Part shown: piece by piece, positions 13,001 through 24,829 of the stretch
Position numbering within the stretch: position 1 is the stretch's first letter
How the letters are laid out: each line of letters starts with the position of its first letter
Source of the DNA: Ranitomeya imitator
Taxonomy: Eukaryota
NCBI RefSeq assembly: GCF_032444005.1
Contig: NC_091289.1
Location: forward strand, 57,722,001 to 57,786,000
Reading direction: 5' to 3'
DNA: 64,000 nt
Notes under the pieces: generated by a model
What the model was told of the DNA's origin: nothing
Seen by the model: only the letters and a program-made list of their open reading frames with translations
The model's database searches: none
Position numbers and translations under genes: made by a program

Positions 13001-13917
13001 GCGCCATGAGAGATGAGGACGCCTCTTATTACACTTTTCAAAGCTTCCCATTTTACAGTGGGGGACGTGGTGTCTTCCTCGTGGTCAGTCAGGAAATCTG
13101 TGATTGTTTGATCAATCTTGGATTTACATATGGGATCTTGTAACAAGTTTTCATTCAGACGCCAGGAGAAACCTGGTCTCGAGGCAGAATGAAGTGAGAT
13201 TGTTAGGTATATAGGAGCGTGATCTGACCACAGTATCGACCCCACGTCCGCCTTTACCTGCATGTCGAGCAACTTATGCGAAACGAAAAAATAATCTATT
13301 CTACTGTAAGTGTTATGTATTTTTGAGAAAAAGCTATAGTCCTTAGTTGTTGGGTTAAGAACCCTCCAGACATCTACCAGTCTCATGCTGCGCAGCTGGG
13401 ATCTTATTTTGTTAATAGAAGATGTAGAATATGAAGACTTACCCGAAGAGACATCCACCGCAGGGTTCATAGGAATATTAAAGTCGCCCCCAAGTATCAC
13501 AGGAGAGGAACCAGCAAACTCCTCGAGACGTCTTTTGCAATCGGCTCCAAACTTCTGCTGCCCTTGGTTTGGGAAATATATGTTAGCTATTACAAGTTTA
13601 TGAGCTGCCCATGTGATAAGTAGGAAGATATATCTACCATTTTTATCGATTAGTGAGTCCAAGATCTCAGGCATAAAGGATTTGTGGAAGGCTATTGAGA
13701 CACCCTTTGACTTTGAAAATGGATTTGTGCTGTGATACCATTTGGGGTAATTTTTCGTGATAGAGTGTGGCACCACACCAGTTTTGAAATGTGTCTCTTG
13801 AAGCAGTAGCACAGAGACCCGTTGTTTGTGACTATCAAATAGGACCCGCCTTCTCTTTTCTGGGATATTTAGCCCCTTCACGTTAAAGGAGCAAAATTTA
13901 ATTTCATCCATTATCAA
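10092..13917 (-). pseudogene. L1 ORF2p (APE endonuclease, reverse transcriptase, Cys-rich C-terminus), disrupted
   Basis: EN motifs SFNVKGLN, LLLQETH, GGDFN, SRIDY, SDH. RT motifs PGPDGY, YRPISL, QGCPLSPLLY, FAD. Broken by a 5-bp duplication at 11778-11787, a TAA at 11105-11107 and further frameshifts; ends TCWRC...HIWWDC. Confidence 0.95.
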
Positions 13918-14321
13918 ATACTTTTACGCCATCTCGCGACACCACGCGCTCCATCCGCCGAAACAAACGACAGCCAAGTGTAGTAGGGAAAAAACACTGG
14001 GAGGGAGGGGAGAAAGACAGGGTGAAGAAGAAATAGTAGAACATAGAAAACATAGAAGGTGCGTTAGGGTTGACGCACCCAATCTGACTTTGCATCTGTG
14101 TAGTTAGGGCAAAAGAAAGGAGAAGAATAATTCTCCCCCCCTTCCCTCGCCCGTGCACCTTTAGTGGAGAAGGGAAGCCAAGGGGAACACCTGCTCCCCC
14201 ACCCCCCACGCGAACTTGTTAGGTCCCATGAACAAAAACTTGCAAACGTGTAAAATCTATTTAAGCATAACAATAACCCTTGCATAAGCAAGATGTCCCG
14301 CGTGCCATCAGAGAACAATAA

Positions 14322-15395
14322 GGCCATGTTCACACAGTGCGTTTTTTACTGCGGAACCGCAGCGGTTTTGCCGCTGCGGTTCCGCAGCTGTTTTCCATGC
14401 AGGGTACATAACAATGTAACCCTATGGAAAACAGTCACTGCTGTGCACATGATCCGTAATTTCGTTTAAAAAGCCGCGCAGAATAGCTGCGGCAAAAAAG
14501 AAGGAGCATGTCACTTCTTTTTCCTGAACCGCAGCGGTTCTGCACCCATAGACCTCCATTGTGAGGTCAAAATCGCAGTAAAACCCGCAGATCAAAAATA
14601 TATCTGCGGGTTTTACTGCGATTTGATGTGCAGAACCGCTGCAGCAGGAAGTGCGGGGGAGCGGGCGGAAGTGCGTGGGCGGAGTGTGGCTGCCCCCCCG
14701 TGCTCCGATCCTGCCCCCCCCGTGCTCCGATGCCCCCCCCCGTGCTCCGATGCCTCTCCCCAGTGCTCCGATGCCCCCCCGTGCCCTAATCTCCCCCCCT
14801 TATACTTACCCGGCGTCCCGGTGTCCGTCCGGCCGTCTTCTCCCTGGGCGCCGCCATCTTGCAAAATGGCGGGCGCATGCGCAGTGCGCCCGCCGAATCT
14901 GCCGGCCGGCAGATTCGCTCCAAAGTGCATTTTGATCACTGAGATATAACCTATCTCAGTGATCAAAATAAAAAAAATAGTAAATGACACCCCCCCCACT
15001 TTGTCACCCCCATTGGTAGGGACAATAAAAAAATTAAGAATTTTTTTTTTTTTTTTCACTAAGGTTAGAATAGGGGTAGGGTTAGGGATAGGGGTAGGGT
15101 TAGGGTTAGGGGTAGGGTTAGGGGTAGGGTTAGGGGTAGGGTTAGGGGTAGGGTTAGGGTATTTTCAGCCATTTTAGCCCTAAAAAGCTTCCTAGGAAAC
15201 ACACAGTCTCTGCATAGAAAACTGCATAAAAAAAGGATAAAAAAACGCATCAAAAAACGCATCAAAAAACGCATCAAAAAAGGACAAAAAAAGGACCAAA
15301 AAAAGGACCTGCGTTTTCTGCCAAGAGCTGCAGTTTTTTAAAAAAAACTGTCCTGAAAAAAAAAGGATGGAAATCCTGAACGTGTGAACATACCC
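14322..15395. mobile_element. PIF/Harbinger-type non-autonomous element inserted in the L1 inter-ORF spacer
   Basis: TAA TSD at 14319-14321 and 15396-15398; TIR GGCCATGTTCACAC / GTGTGAACATACCC. Internal palindromes, C-rich tandem repeats (14695-14790) and a (GGGTTA/GGGGTA)n array (15070-15160). Confidence 0.85.
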
Positions 15396-15674
15396 TAAGA
15401 GAGAGAGAGAAAAAGAAAAAAAAAAAAGGGGGGGGGGGGGAAACGAAAACACTGATGACAAGCAAGACACCACGCGCTCAAATGTCCAGGGATTAAGACT
15501 AAACCTCCAAGGCGAACCCACAGTGAAACCATCCGCCCCATCAGGAGATTCAATCAATTAACAATAAGTATCCATGGGACCACTCAACTGCAGCAGAGTG
15601 TCTAAATACATTGCAGCAATGAGTAGAGGCTAATTAAAACTAGAGAAAAAAAATGGGAACAAAAGAAAAGAACT

Positions 15675-16948
15675 TCATGGAGGATCAGAGGAGCCTTCAT
15701 TGGTGTGTCGATTCTTGGAACGGGGGACCTTGAGCCACCTTGGAGGAGCATTTGGGAGTGTTGGAGTTAGAGGCCAGTCTGGAAGATCTATTAGTGGAAG
15801 TTCAAATGTGCCTAGGAAGTTAGCCAGGTCCCCGATCCGGCGAAAGTATGCGCTTTTGCCGCCTTTGGATGCTGTTAGTTGGAATGGGAACCCCCACCTA
15901 TAGGGGATATCTCTTTCCTTGAGAGCCGCCAGCAAGGGTTTCAAGGCTTTGCGCAGGAATAGGGTGCGTCTGGATAGATCTGACAGGAGTAGTATTGGTT
16001 GGCCTTCAAACTGGAGAGATCCCTTTTTCCTAGAAGCTATCATGATGGCCTCCTTAATTCTAAAGTAGTGCACCCTGCAGATGACATCTCTAGGGCGTGA
16101 CTCAGACGTGGGTTTAGGACCAAGAGATCTATGAATCCTGTCGAACTCAATGGTGTTGTCTTCGTGATCGCCGAGAATGTCCAGGAATATTCTCTGGACT
16201 GTGCGGTCTAAATCCTGAGGACTGACGGATTCTGGGAGGCCACGTATACGGATATTGTTACGCCTGTTGCGGTTTTCCATTTCTTCAAGGCCAGATGACA
16301 TTTCCTCCAGTTTCATGGTATGATCCATTAAGATTTCTCTGTGAGCCTGGAGTTCTTGTGAGATATCTTCTTGAGTCTTTTCCACGTCCTCTATACGCGA
16401 TGTGAATTCCATCTGCAGATTATGTATCTCCTTTTTATACGAGTTCTCAAGTCTGCACGCAAAGCTTTCTAGATCTGTTTTGGTTGGGAGAGCTTTAATA
16501 TATTTACTCAGCTCAGCTATATTCATGTCCTCAGGTAGGTCTTTGTCTCCATTACTATTGTCTGTTGATTTTTTAGGAGAGATATGTGAAGACTAACATA
16601 GTAACATAGTAACATAGTTAGTAAGGCCGAAAAAAGACATTTGTCCATCCAGTTCAGCCTATATTCCATCATAATAAATCCCCAGATCTACGTCCTTCTA
16701 CAGAACCTAATTGTATGATACAATATTGTTCTGCTCCAGGAAGACATCCAGGCCTCTCTTGAACCCCTCGATAGTAACATAGACTGAGGCTCTTTGGAGG
16801 AGGAACCATTGTTATGCGGGGTTTGCGACATTGTTGATCTGGTATTCCTTGTTTGGAGTGGCTGGTTTAAGAACCGTTCCATGTCCTCTAGAGAAGGCTC
16901 CTTGTGTAAGCTTGTGGGTTGTCCAGAAATCCTTTTAGTTTTACCCAT
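15675..16948 (-). pseudogene. L1 ORF1p (coiled coil plus RRM/CTD), interrupted by a 186-bp insertion; 360 aa when restored
   Basis: RRNNIRIRGLPE, IEFDRIHR, RPRDVICR and YRWGFP motifs. Removing 16595-16785 joins MGKTKR...KEPQS in frame to SHISPKK...EDMNIAEL (1083 nt). Confidence 0.93.
16595..16780 (-). mobile_element. CR1-type LINE 3' end fragment inside L1 ORF1
   Basis: Octamer tail (GTAACATA)n on the plus strand; flanked by the 5-bp direct repeat AGACT (16590-16594, 16781-16785). The CR1 assignment rests on the octamer-tail convention. Confidence 0.65.
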
Positions 16949-18246
16949 GTATGACTGCTGCTATTAATTGCCCATGATAGTGTTCAGGGGAACATGGGGG
17001 TGCAGCGATCACCACATTAGGCTCAGCCCCCCATCAGCAAGCCCCCTCCGAGGTGCATTTAATTACGATCTTAGGGTTAGTGGGGCATGTACAATGTTCT
17101 GAGCCAGGAAGGGGGAACCTCTGGATGCTATAATCGATCCCAACACTAGGTGTCACCAGAGGTCTAGATTTGTAGAATGCAGGCTTACTGGGTAATATGC
17201 TGGTAGTCTGTGTTTCCAATATTAATGTAAGAAAGGCACAATGACAGCCCCGTATAGAGCAATGGCAGGGTGACTGCACCGCTTCTGCAGCAAGGCTGGT
17301 GAGCAGGACAGTATGCTGGCGTGCCGAGAGTCTTAGGTATGCCCGCACTATGATGGTGTTTCTCTGTAAGGGGATCTGTCCCCAAGATGGCGTCCACCCT
17401 CCCACTGGCGGGAAAACGACCAGCACAGGGAACACAATGGCGGGCGTCCCGGGGGGTCTCCTGTCCCACCTGTACCAGTCCTACCTTGGTCGCCTTTCTC
17501 CTAAGTGAGGTGTGGTCTGCGCACTCTTCAGGGTCTTCCCTGCAGGAGCTGCAGCTGAGCGCGCCTGCGATGCTCTCCTCTCGGGTGCCGCGGGAGGTCC
17601 AAGGGCGGGAGGGCCTCTCTCTCACCACCCCTTTAGCTCGGCGGGGGGTCCGCAGTCTTCTCACTGCCGCCTCGCACCTTACTATGTGCCATCTGCTGGA
17701 CTTCCCTTTGCCGTCTGCGGTACCTGAGGAGTCCTTGCTGTGCCGGCCTGTTTCTGGTGCGGCTGTGCTGCAGGGCCACTCTGTGCCTGAGGGTCCGGTG
17801 TGCCGGCTCCTCGCCGCGGGAGATCGCCGGCCAGGGGTCCCCCTTGATCCAGGTGTATTGCCAGGTAATAACTGGTGGTCCGTTCTTGGTTAAGGTCTGG
17901 GGAAAGACCTATATCTCCTCTTTGCTGGAGGAGATCTCCACCATGCGTCCTTCTTCTCCAGCAGCTGGACACGCCCCCTCATAACTTTTTTATTTTTTTG
18001 CTGATGATGCTGTGTGGCGGATCGTCTTTTGCGGGACAAGATGACGTTTTCAGCGGTACCATGGTCCGTGACCACTCCTGGCACATAGCGCCAGATGTCA
18101 GCTGCGATAGGCAGCTGACACCCGGGCCGCGATCGGCCGCGCTCCCGTGAGCGCGGCCGATCGCTATGACGTACTCTCCCGTCGAGGGTCAGATAGGCCC
18201 AGGTCACCTCGACGGGATAGTACGTCCAAGGTCAGAAAGGGGTTAA

Positions 18247-18814
18247 TGACCCTTTCTATGCTGGTCAGAAACATGCAGCTCCATTTCAGCTGCTTCTGAT
18301 CTGGTTGTTAACTCTTCCTACAAAACATGGGCAGATCCTCTCTGCCTTGCCAGTGAAAGCTCTGCTTCCTTGCTCTTAGACACTGTGCTGAATAGGAGTT
18401 TGTTGTTACCATTGGAGATTCTCCTTCCTTTGTTGTGTGGTAAAGATAAGTAGTTGAAGGTTGAAGTTGTGGTGCTCTGTAGTTTGCTGTTGTGCGTTTG
18501 TGTTTATCTCCTGGTACCCTTTTCTCATTTCATTTATTCCTCCCTGCCCCTATCCTCCCTATTATTGGTCAGTGCATTTGTATGATAGAGGTTTTCTGTT
18601 ATCCGTTTTGTCTTTGTGTCTGGGTTACCTTTCATTTCTGTTTCATGCCTCATGGGGTGAGGGAGGGGACAGATTTAGTTTTTTACAGGCGCATAGTAAG
18701 GTCGGAGACCCAGGCCTCTCTACCTTCAAGAGTACCATCGGGCCAGGGATAGTTTGGGTCCCAGCTCCATATGTAGTTTGAGGACCCTTTTCCTTACTGA
18801 AGACCATCACAACA
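18247..18814 (+). mobile_element. Possible LTR remnant (target of the TTAA element)
   Basis: Ends in ...CACAACA; layout loosely resembles the reverse-strand segment at 39409-40010; 5' TG end not located. Confidence 0.35.
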
Positions 18815-19099
18815 TAACACTGAGACAGCTTAAGGACCTTCCGTAAGATCAGTCATGTGACCGTGATGGCAACGCAGGTCTTGTACTCTTTGGGACTTTA
18901 GGACCCTTGGTGACATCATGCCTCTTTAAGTATGTGTTGCATATATGCATGTATCTGTATGTGCACGCATTTCTCTGTATGTGCATACATAAAACTATTT
19001 ATGTGCATGCATGCCTCAGTATGTATGTACAGTTGTGTGACAGTGTTTGCCCCTTCCCGATTTCCTATTCTTTTTCTTGTGTGTTACACTTACTGTAAA

Positions 19100-19560
19100 T
19101 GTTTTAGGATGTTTCAGATCACCAAACAAATTTAAATATTAGACAAAGATAACACAAGTAAACACAAAATGCCATTTTAAATGAAGATCTTTATTATTAA
19201 GGGAATAAGAAATGCGTGAAAAAGTGATTGTCCCCCTTTAAAACATAAATTAACTGAGGATATCACATCTTTGGAAAGCTGAGTTAATATTCCCTTGCCA
19301 CACGCAGACCTGATGATTACTGTCACACCTGATTTAAATCAAGAAATCACTTAAATAGGACCTGCCTGACAAAGTGAAATAGACCAAAGAAAGTAACAGC
19401 TAGACATCATGATCCAAAGAAATTCTGGAACAAACGAGAAGCAAAGTAGTTGAAATCTGCAAAAGGTTTTTGCCAAGAGTGGGCAGCTTTACCATCAGAG
19501 AAAATAACCTCATCCACAACTGCCAGAAAAAAATTTCATCTGTCATTGATGTCCACACCC
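19100..19560 (+). mobile_element. Degenerate Tc1 left-end remnant
   Basis: Tc1-like subterminal sequence and decayed transposase start (ATGATCCAAAGAAATTCTGGAAC...) ending in a 23-C run. Confidence 0.5.
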
Positions 19561-21662
19561 CCCCCCCCCCCCCCCCCCCCTGAAGAAGTGAACACGAAAC
19601 GTGCGTTGGGGTGGAGGGAGACAGTGCTAGAACCCGCAGCAGATACGGTTTGAATTCCTATAGAAATAGGTAAACAATTCCTTCCCTATTTTGTGGTTTA
19701 TTTTTTTACTTTGTATTAGGCAATCAGCCACTGGGCACAAATTGCAAAGACTATTCAAACAGGAATGGGATTGTCCTAATAGGATTACACTATACATAAC
19801 TGTTTATAAATGTGTTTTTTTTGTCTGGCATGTTTTCCCTGACACAAGAGGCATCTTGGCACTATTAATTTTTGTCAAAAATTTTTTGTGATTTATTATT
19901 GATGATTTTAAAGTATACTAATAAAATATAATACTTTGTATGCTCTGGGCAGCTGCTTGCTTTTAGATCATACCTTTGATTTTCTCTGTTCATGTCTTTG
20001 TCAGTGGGCACACTTACAAAATCAGCAAGGGCTCAAATACTTATTTCCCCCACTGTAAGTGCTTTGTGTATGCATGTATTTGTTCTTTGTATACCTATAT
20101 GTGTGTGTGTGTGTGTGTGTGCGTAACATACTGGTGTGTAGCATCCGCATTTATAAATTGCAGCAGCGCAGACGAGAGTTCATATGTGTAAACATGTTGA
20201 CATTCATCCAACGAACGAGCAACATGCTGCTCAGTCATAGAGTGATTGTATTGTTTATGGTGGAACAAAAATCAATGTTCTCAGCAGCACATTGCAAATG
20301 TGCTGCTGATAACATGATGCTGGGGCCAGATTGACCTAACAGCGATTGTTCTGTGCCAATCGTTCTTCCTCAGTCGGTGTGAAGAGTCCTGTAAACAATG
20401 ACGTGAATATTGTTGATCGTGCTGGTTTAACATTCTGAACTCAGCACATATTACAGGATGAGGAACAATATTACAGGATGAGGGACATTATTACAGGTTG
20501 AGGGGACCTTATTACAGGATTGGGAACATTATTACAAGATGGGGCCAGAATTACTATAAGGGGCTACTTGTAAAACAATTTTACTCTTTGAGGCCGAATG
20601 GAAGGACAAAAAAGAAACAAAACGTTTTTTTATTAAAAATATATTATGGAAAAATATTTGGCCACTAAAAATACTGTTTTATGTAAAAACTGAAATAAAA
20701 AAGACCTGTACCTTAACCTATATGTTAAACACCATTATAAAGCATAAAAAAACATGCCAAAAAATGATTATCAAAAAGTCATGTAGAAAAATAATGATGT
20801 AAATGAAAACGTTATCCCCTACCGCAAAGAACCCGGGCCTTTATGTTCAATTTTTTTCTGTGTGTGGCCCACTTACCCAACCGAGTTTGAGACCCCTGAT
20901 CTAATTTGTTGGAGAAAAGTTAATCACCGGAACTACATGCTGGAGAGTACAATGACAATGCTGGATATGTGTTGTGTAGGAATCAAACCTACAGCACAGA
21001 CCAAAAGTTTGGACACACCTCATTTAAAGATTTTTCTGTATTTTCATGACTATGAAAATTGTACATTCACACTGAAGGCATCAAGGTTGGGGATAGATGT
21101 GGCCGGTGCCCATCTATCTCTGCAGACGAGTCCTGGCTGGAGAATTTGTCATGTCGGTCCGGGCCAGATGGAAAAGACGGGAAAAGTCAACAACTCCATC
21201 AAAAAGAAAGTCAGCTGTAAGTCTCTATACTATATATATATATATATATATATGTACTGTAATCAACAATATCAGCTGGTATCTACCACTATATGGTCAC
21301 CATATGGCGGTAATATCAGTGTTGGTCTTTGTATAGCGATTTATTTTTAGTAACAGGATAGTCATCGGCTGATGTTCCCCTATACCCACTATTAGGCTGC
21401 ACCACCGTAGTTGTAATCATGGATACTTGGTTTGGGGCCCATTCATATGTTTTGTGCCCCCCCTTCCTGAGCTGAACCCCTAGCTATGTCTCTGGGTATC
21501 GGTGTTCTCAATGATCTCTGAAGATTTAACAGGAGCCCAACTAAGTCAGTCCAGTTCCTGCAGCTGATCATGCATTACACTGGATCAGCATTACATGTAT
21601 ATCTGCTATGGAGCACTTGGTAAACATAACTTATCTAAGTGTGTATATATAGTGTATATATA

Positions 21663-23306
21663 CAGTTAGGTCCATATATATTTGGACAGAGAGAACATTT
21701 TTCTAATTTTGGTTATAGAAATTACCACAATGAATTTTAAACAAAACAATTCAGATGCAGTTGAAGTTCAGACTTTCAGCTTTCATTTGAGGGTATCCAC
21801 ATTAAAATTGGATGAAGAGTTTAGGAGTTTCAGCTCCTTAACATGTGCCACCCTGTTTTTAAAGGGACCAAAAGTAATTGGACAATTGACTCCAAAGCTA
21901 TTTCATGGAAAGGTGTGGGCAATCCCTTTGTTATGTCATTCTCAATTAAGCAGATAAAAGGCCTGGAGTTGATTTGAGGTGTGGTGCTTGCATTTGGAAG
22001 GTTTTGCTGTGAAGTAAACATGCGGTCAAAGGAGCTCTCCATGCAGGTGAAACAAGCCATCCTTAAGCTGCGAAAACAGAAAAAACCCATCCGAGAAACT
22101 GCTACAATATTAGGAGTGGCAAAATCTACAATTTGGTACATCCTGAGAAAGAAAGCACTGGTGAACTCATCAATGCAAAAAGACCTGGGCGCCCATGGAA
22201 GACAACAGTGGTGGATGATGGCAGAATAATCTCCATGGTGAAGAGAAACCCCTTCACAACAGCCAACAAAGTGAACAACACTCTCCAGGAGGTCGGCGTA
22301 TCAATATCCAAATCTACCATAAAGAGAAGACGGCATGAAAATAAATACAGAGGGTTCACTGCACGGTGCAGCCACTCATAAGCATCAAGAATAAAAAGGC
22401 TAGACTGGACTATGCTAAAAAACATATAAAAAAGCCAGCACAGTTCTGGAAGAACTTTCTTTGGACAGATGAAACCAAGATCAACCTCTGCCAGAATGAT
22501 GGAAAGAGAAAAGTATGGTGAAGGCGTGGTACAGCTCATGATCCAAAGCATACCACATCATCTGTAAACCACGGCGGAGGCAGTGTGATGGCTTGGGCAT
22601 GCATGGCTGCCAGTGGCACTGGGTCACTAGTGTTTATTGATGATGTGACACAGGACAGAAGCAGCCGAATGAATTCTGAGGTATTCAGAGCCATACTGTG
22701 TGCTCAGATCCAGCCAAATGCAGCCAAACTGATTGGTCCTCATTTCATACTACAGATGGACAATGACCCAAAACATAAAGCCAAAGCAACCCAGGAGTTT
22801 ATTAAAGCAAAGAAGTGGAATATTCTTGAATGGCCAAGTCAGTCACCTGATCTCAACCCAATTGAGCATGCATTTCACTTGTTAAAGACTAAACTTCAGA
22901 CAGAAAGGCCCAAAAACAAACAGCAACTGAAAACCACCGCAGTGAAGGCCTGGCAGAGCATCAAAAAGGAGGAAACACGGCGTCTGGTGATGTCCATGAG
23001 TTCAAGACTTCAGGCAGTCATTGCCAACAAAGGGCTTTCAACCAAGTACTAAAAATGAACATTTTATTTAAAATTATTGAATCTGTCCAATTACTTTTGG
23101 TCCCTTTTAAAAACAGGGTGGCACATGTTAAGGAGCTGAAACTCCTAAACCCTTTATCCAATTTTAATGTGGATACCCTCAAATGAAAGCTGAAAGTCTG
23201 AACTTCAACTGCATCTGAATTGTTTTGTTTAAAATTCATTGTGGTAATTTCTATAACCAAAATTAGAAAAATGTTGTCTCTGTCCAAATATATATGGACC
23301 TAACTG
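21663..23306 (+). mobile_element. Full-length Tc1-family transposon (1644 bp)
   Basis: TA flanks; TIRs of about 222 bp (21663-21884, 23084-23306) starting CAGTTAGGTCCATATATATTTGGACAG; internal transposase. Confidence 0.97.
22020..23052 (+). pseudogene. Tc1 DD34E transposase, frameshifted
   Basis: MRSKELSMQVKQAILKL HTH start, WTDETK, MDNDPKH and SPDLNPIEH with 34 residues between D and E; split over several frames. Confidence 0.93.
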
Positions 23307-23454
23307 TATATATATACACACACACTGTATATTCTGCAAAAATGTGACACTAGAAGGCATATAAGTTACAATGACTTTCCATTGATGGATGGGACATAAA
23401 ATGCTCCCTTTATTAAATGGTCTACAAGAAAATGATCCAGCTTATTTTTAAATA

Positions 23455-23640
23455 CTGTTATAGTGTCTGCCGTTACCATCTCTTGTGGTCGGTCATTTCA
23501 CAGTCTGACTGCTCTAACTGTAAAGAACCCTTTCCTATTTAGCTGTCGGAACCTTCTTTCCTTCACACGTAATGGATATGCCCTGGTCCTTTGTACAGTC
23601 CTTAAAAGGAATGTGATATGCTGGTCCTATGTATTGACCA
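23455..23640 (-). mobile_element. CR1-type LINE fragment; second fragment at about 24330-24460
   Basis: The 24335-24520 minus ORF contains LLPLYKSFVRPHLDYGILFW, the CR1 ORF2 C-terminal motif. 23455-23640 resembles CR1 3' sequence. Confidence 0.5.
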
Positions 23641-23654
23641 CACATATATTTATA

Positions 23655-24234
23655 CAGCTCTGGCAAAAATTAGGAGACCACTGCAAAATGTTCAGTTTGT
23701 CTGATTTTTCTCTTTATGGGAATATTTTTGAGTAAAATGTAAATTTTTCTTTTATGCTATAAAAGAAAAACATGTCTCTGACAACATGTCTCCGAAGTTC
23801 CAAGCAATAAATTTTGGGGTTTTTTTTCTGAAAAGGAGAAATGGTCAAAAATAAAAAAATAAACAGTGCTTTCAGACCTCAAATAATGCAAAGAAAACAA
23901 GTTCATAAACATTTAGAAACAACAATACTAATGTTTTAACTTAGGAAGAGTTCAGAAATCAATATTTTGTGGAATAACCATGATTTGTAGTCACAGCTTT
24001 CATACGTCTTGGCATGCTTTCCACCAGTCTTTCACACTGCTCCTGGAGCAAAAATGTAAGCAGTTCTTCTTTGTTTGATGGCTTGTGACTATCCATCATC
24101 CTCTTCATTACGTTCCAGAGGTTTTCAATGGGGTTCAGGTCTGGAGATTGGGCTGCCCATGACAGGGTTTTGATGTGGTGGTCGATTATAGCGACCACCA
24201 CATCAAAACCCTGTCATGGCAGCCCAATCTCCAG
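23655..24234 (-). mobile_element. Tc1 3'-end fragment with a terminal fold-back
   Basis: TA|CAGCTCTGGCAAAAATT TIR; minus ORF SWAAQSPDLNPIENLW...STKY; hairpin 24140-24234. Confidence 0.85.
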
Positions 24235-24829
24235 ATATATATGAGGTGTCCTATGAGGCATCTTTTTTTCTAAACTAAACAAGTCCAAATTCTCAGTAAA
24301 GGAAAGTCATTCCACACTGTAATAAATTAGGGGCTCATCTTTGAACTGACGCTAACAATATAAAATATGAAGCCCAAAACAGGATCCCATAATCTAGATG
24401 TGGTCTTACAAAAGATTTATAGAGGGGCAATAAAGGACGCGTTTGGATGACAGGATATTTTTTTTTCTTTTTTTTATGCACCCTAAAAACTTGTTTGCTT
24501 TTGCAGCTCATGTCTGACATTGAGTACTGCTGCTTAGCCTACTTGTATCCAGAATATAAGTCCGTCTACTATTCTGTCATTCCTATTATATTTCCATGTA
24601 ATATATATGCAGAAATACGATTAGTCGTCAAGCTGTCGTCAAACTTTATATTTCTGAACATTAGACTTCATCTGCTGTATGTTCGATAAAGCAGACATGT
24701 TATCTAGATTGTTCTGTGATATTAAACAATCAACCTCAGTTTTTATTATAATACAAAGTTTTGTGTCATCAGAAAAAACTGATACTTTCTTCTCATTCCC
24801 ATCTGCAAGGTCATTAATAAATGGATTAA

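Larger units (their letters stand above)
9646..17980 (-). mobile_element. Full-length L1-clade LINE (5' UTR, ORF1, inter-ORF spacer, ORF2, 3' UTR) with two secondary insertions
   Basis: Exact 20-bp TSD ATAACTTTTTTATTTTTTTG at 9626-9645 and 17981-18000. Minus-strand start GAGGGGGCG, GC-rich 5' UTR of about 1 kb, AATAAA at 9662-9657. Confidence 0.95.
6255..18242. mobile_element. piggyBac-type non-autonomous DNA transposon carrying two nested L1 insertions
   Basis: TTAA at 6251-6254 and 18243-18246; ends CCCCTTT / AAAGGGG. Element sequence resumes after each L1 (9574-9645, 17981-18242) and is collinear with the uninterrupted family member at 25981-26110. No transposase ORF. Confidence 0.85.

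Noticed and set aside
17034-18207. ORF0-like or upstream ORFs in the L1 5' UTR
   Set aside because: ORFs of 70-170 aa occur in several frames of GC-rich sequence, as expected by chance; no motifs.
19558-19580. 23-C run and microsatellites (TG 20099-20121, TA 21231-21252, TATG 40844-40876)
   Set aside because: Ordinary simple repeats; homopolymer length may be a sequencing artefact.
19729-19810. Plus-strand terminal exon after TGTATTAG
   Set aside because: Frames are short or unrecognisable, with no supporting partner exon.
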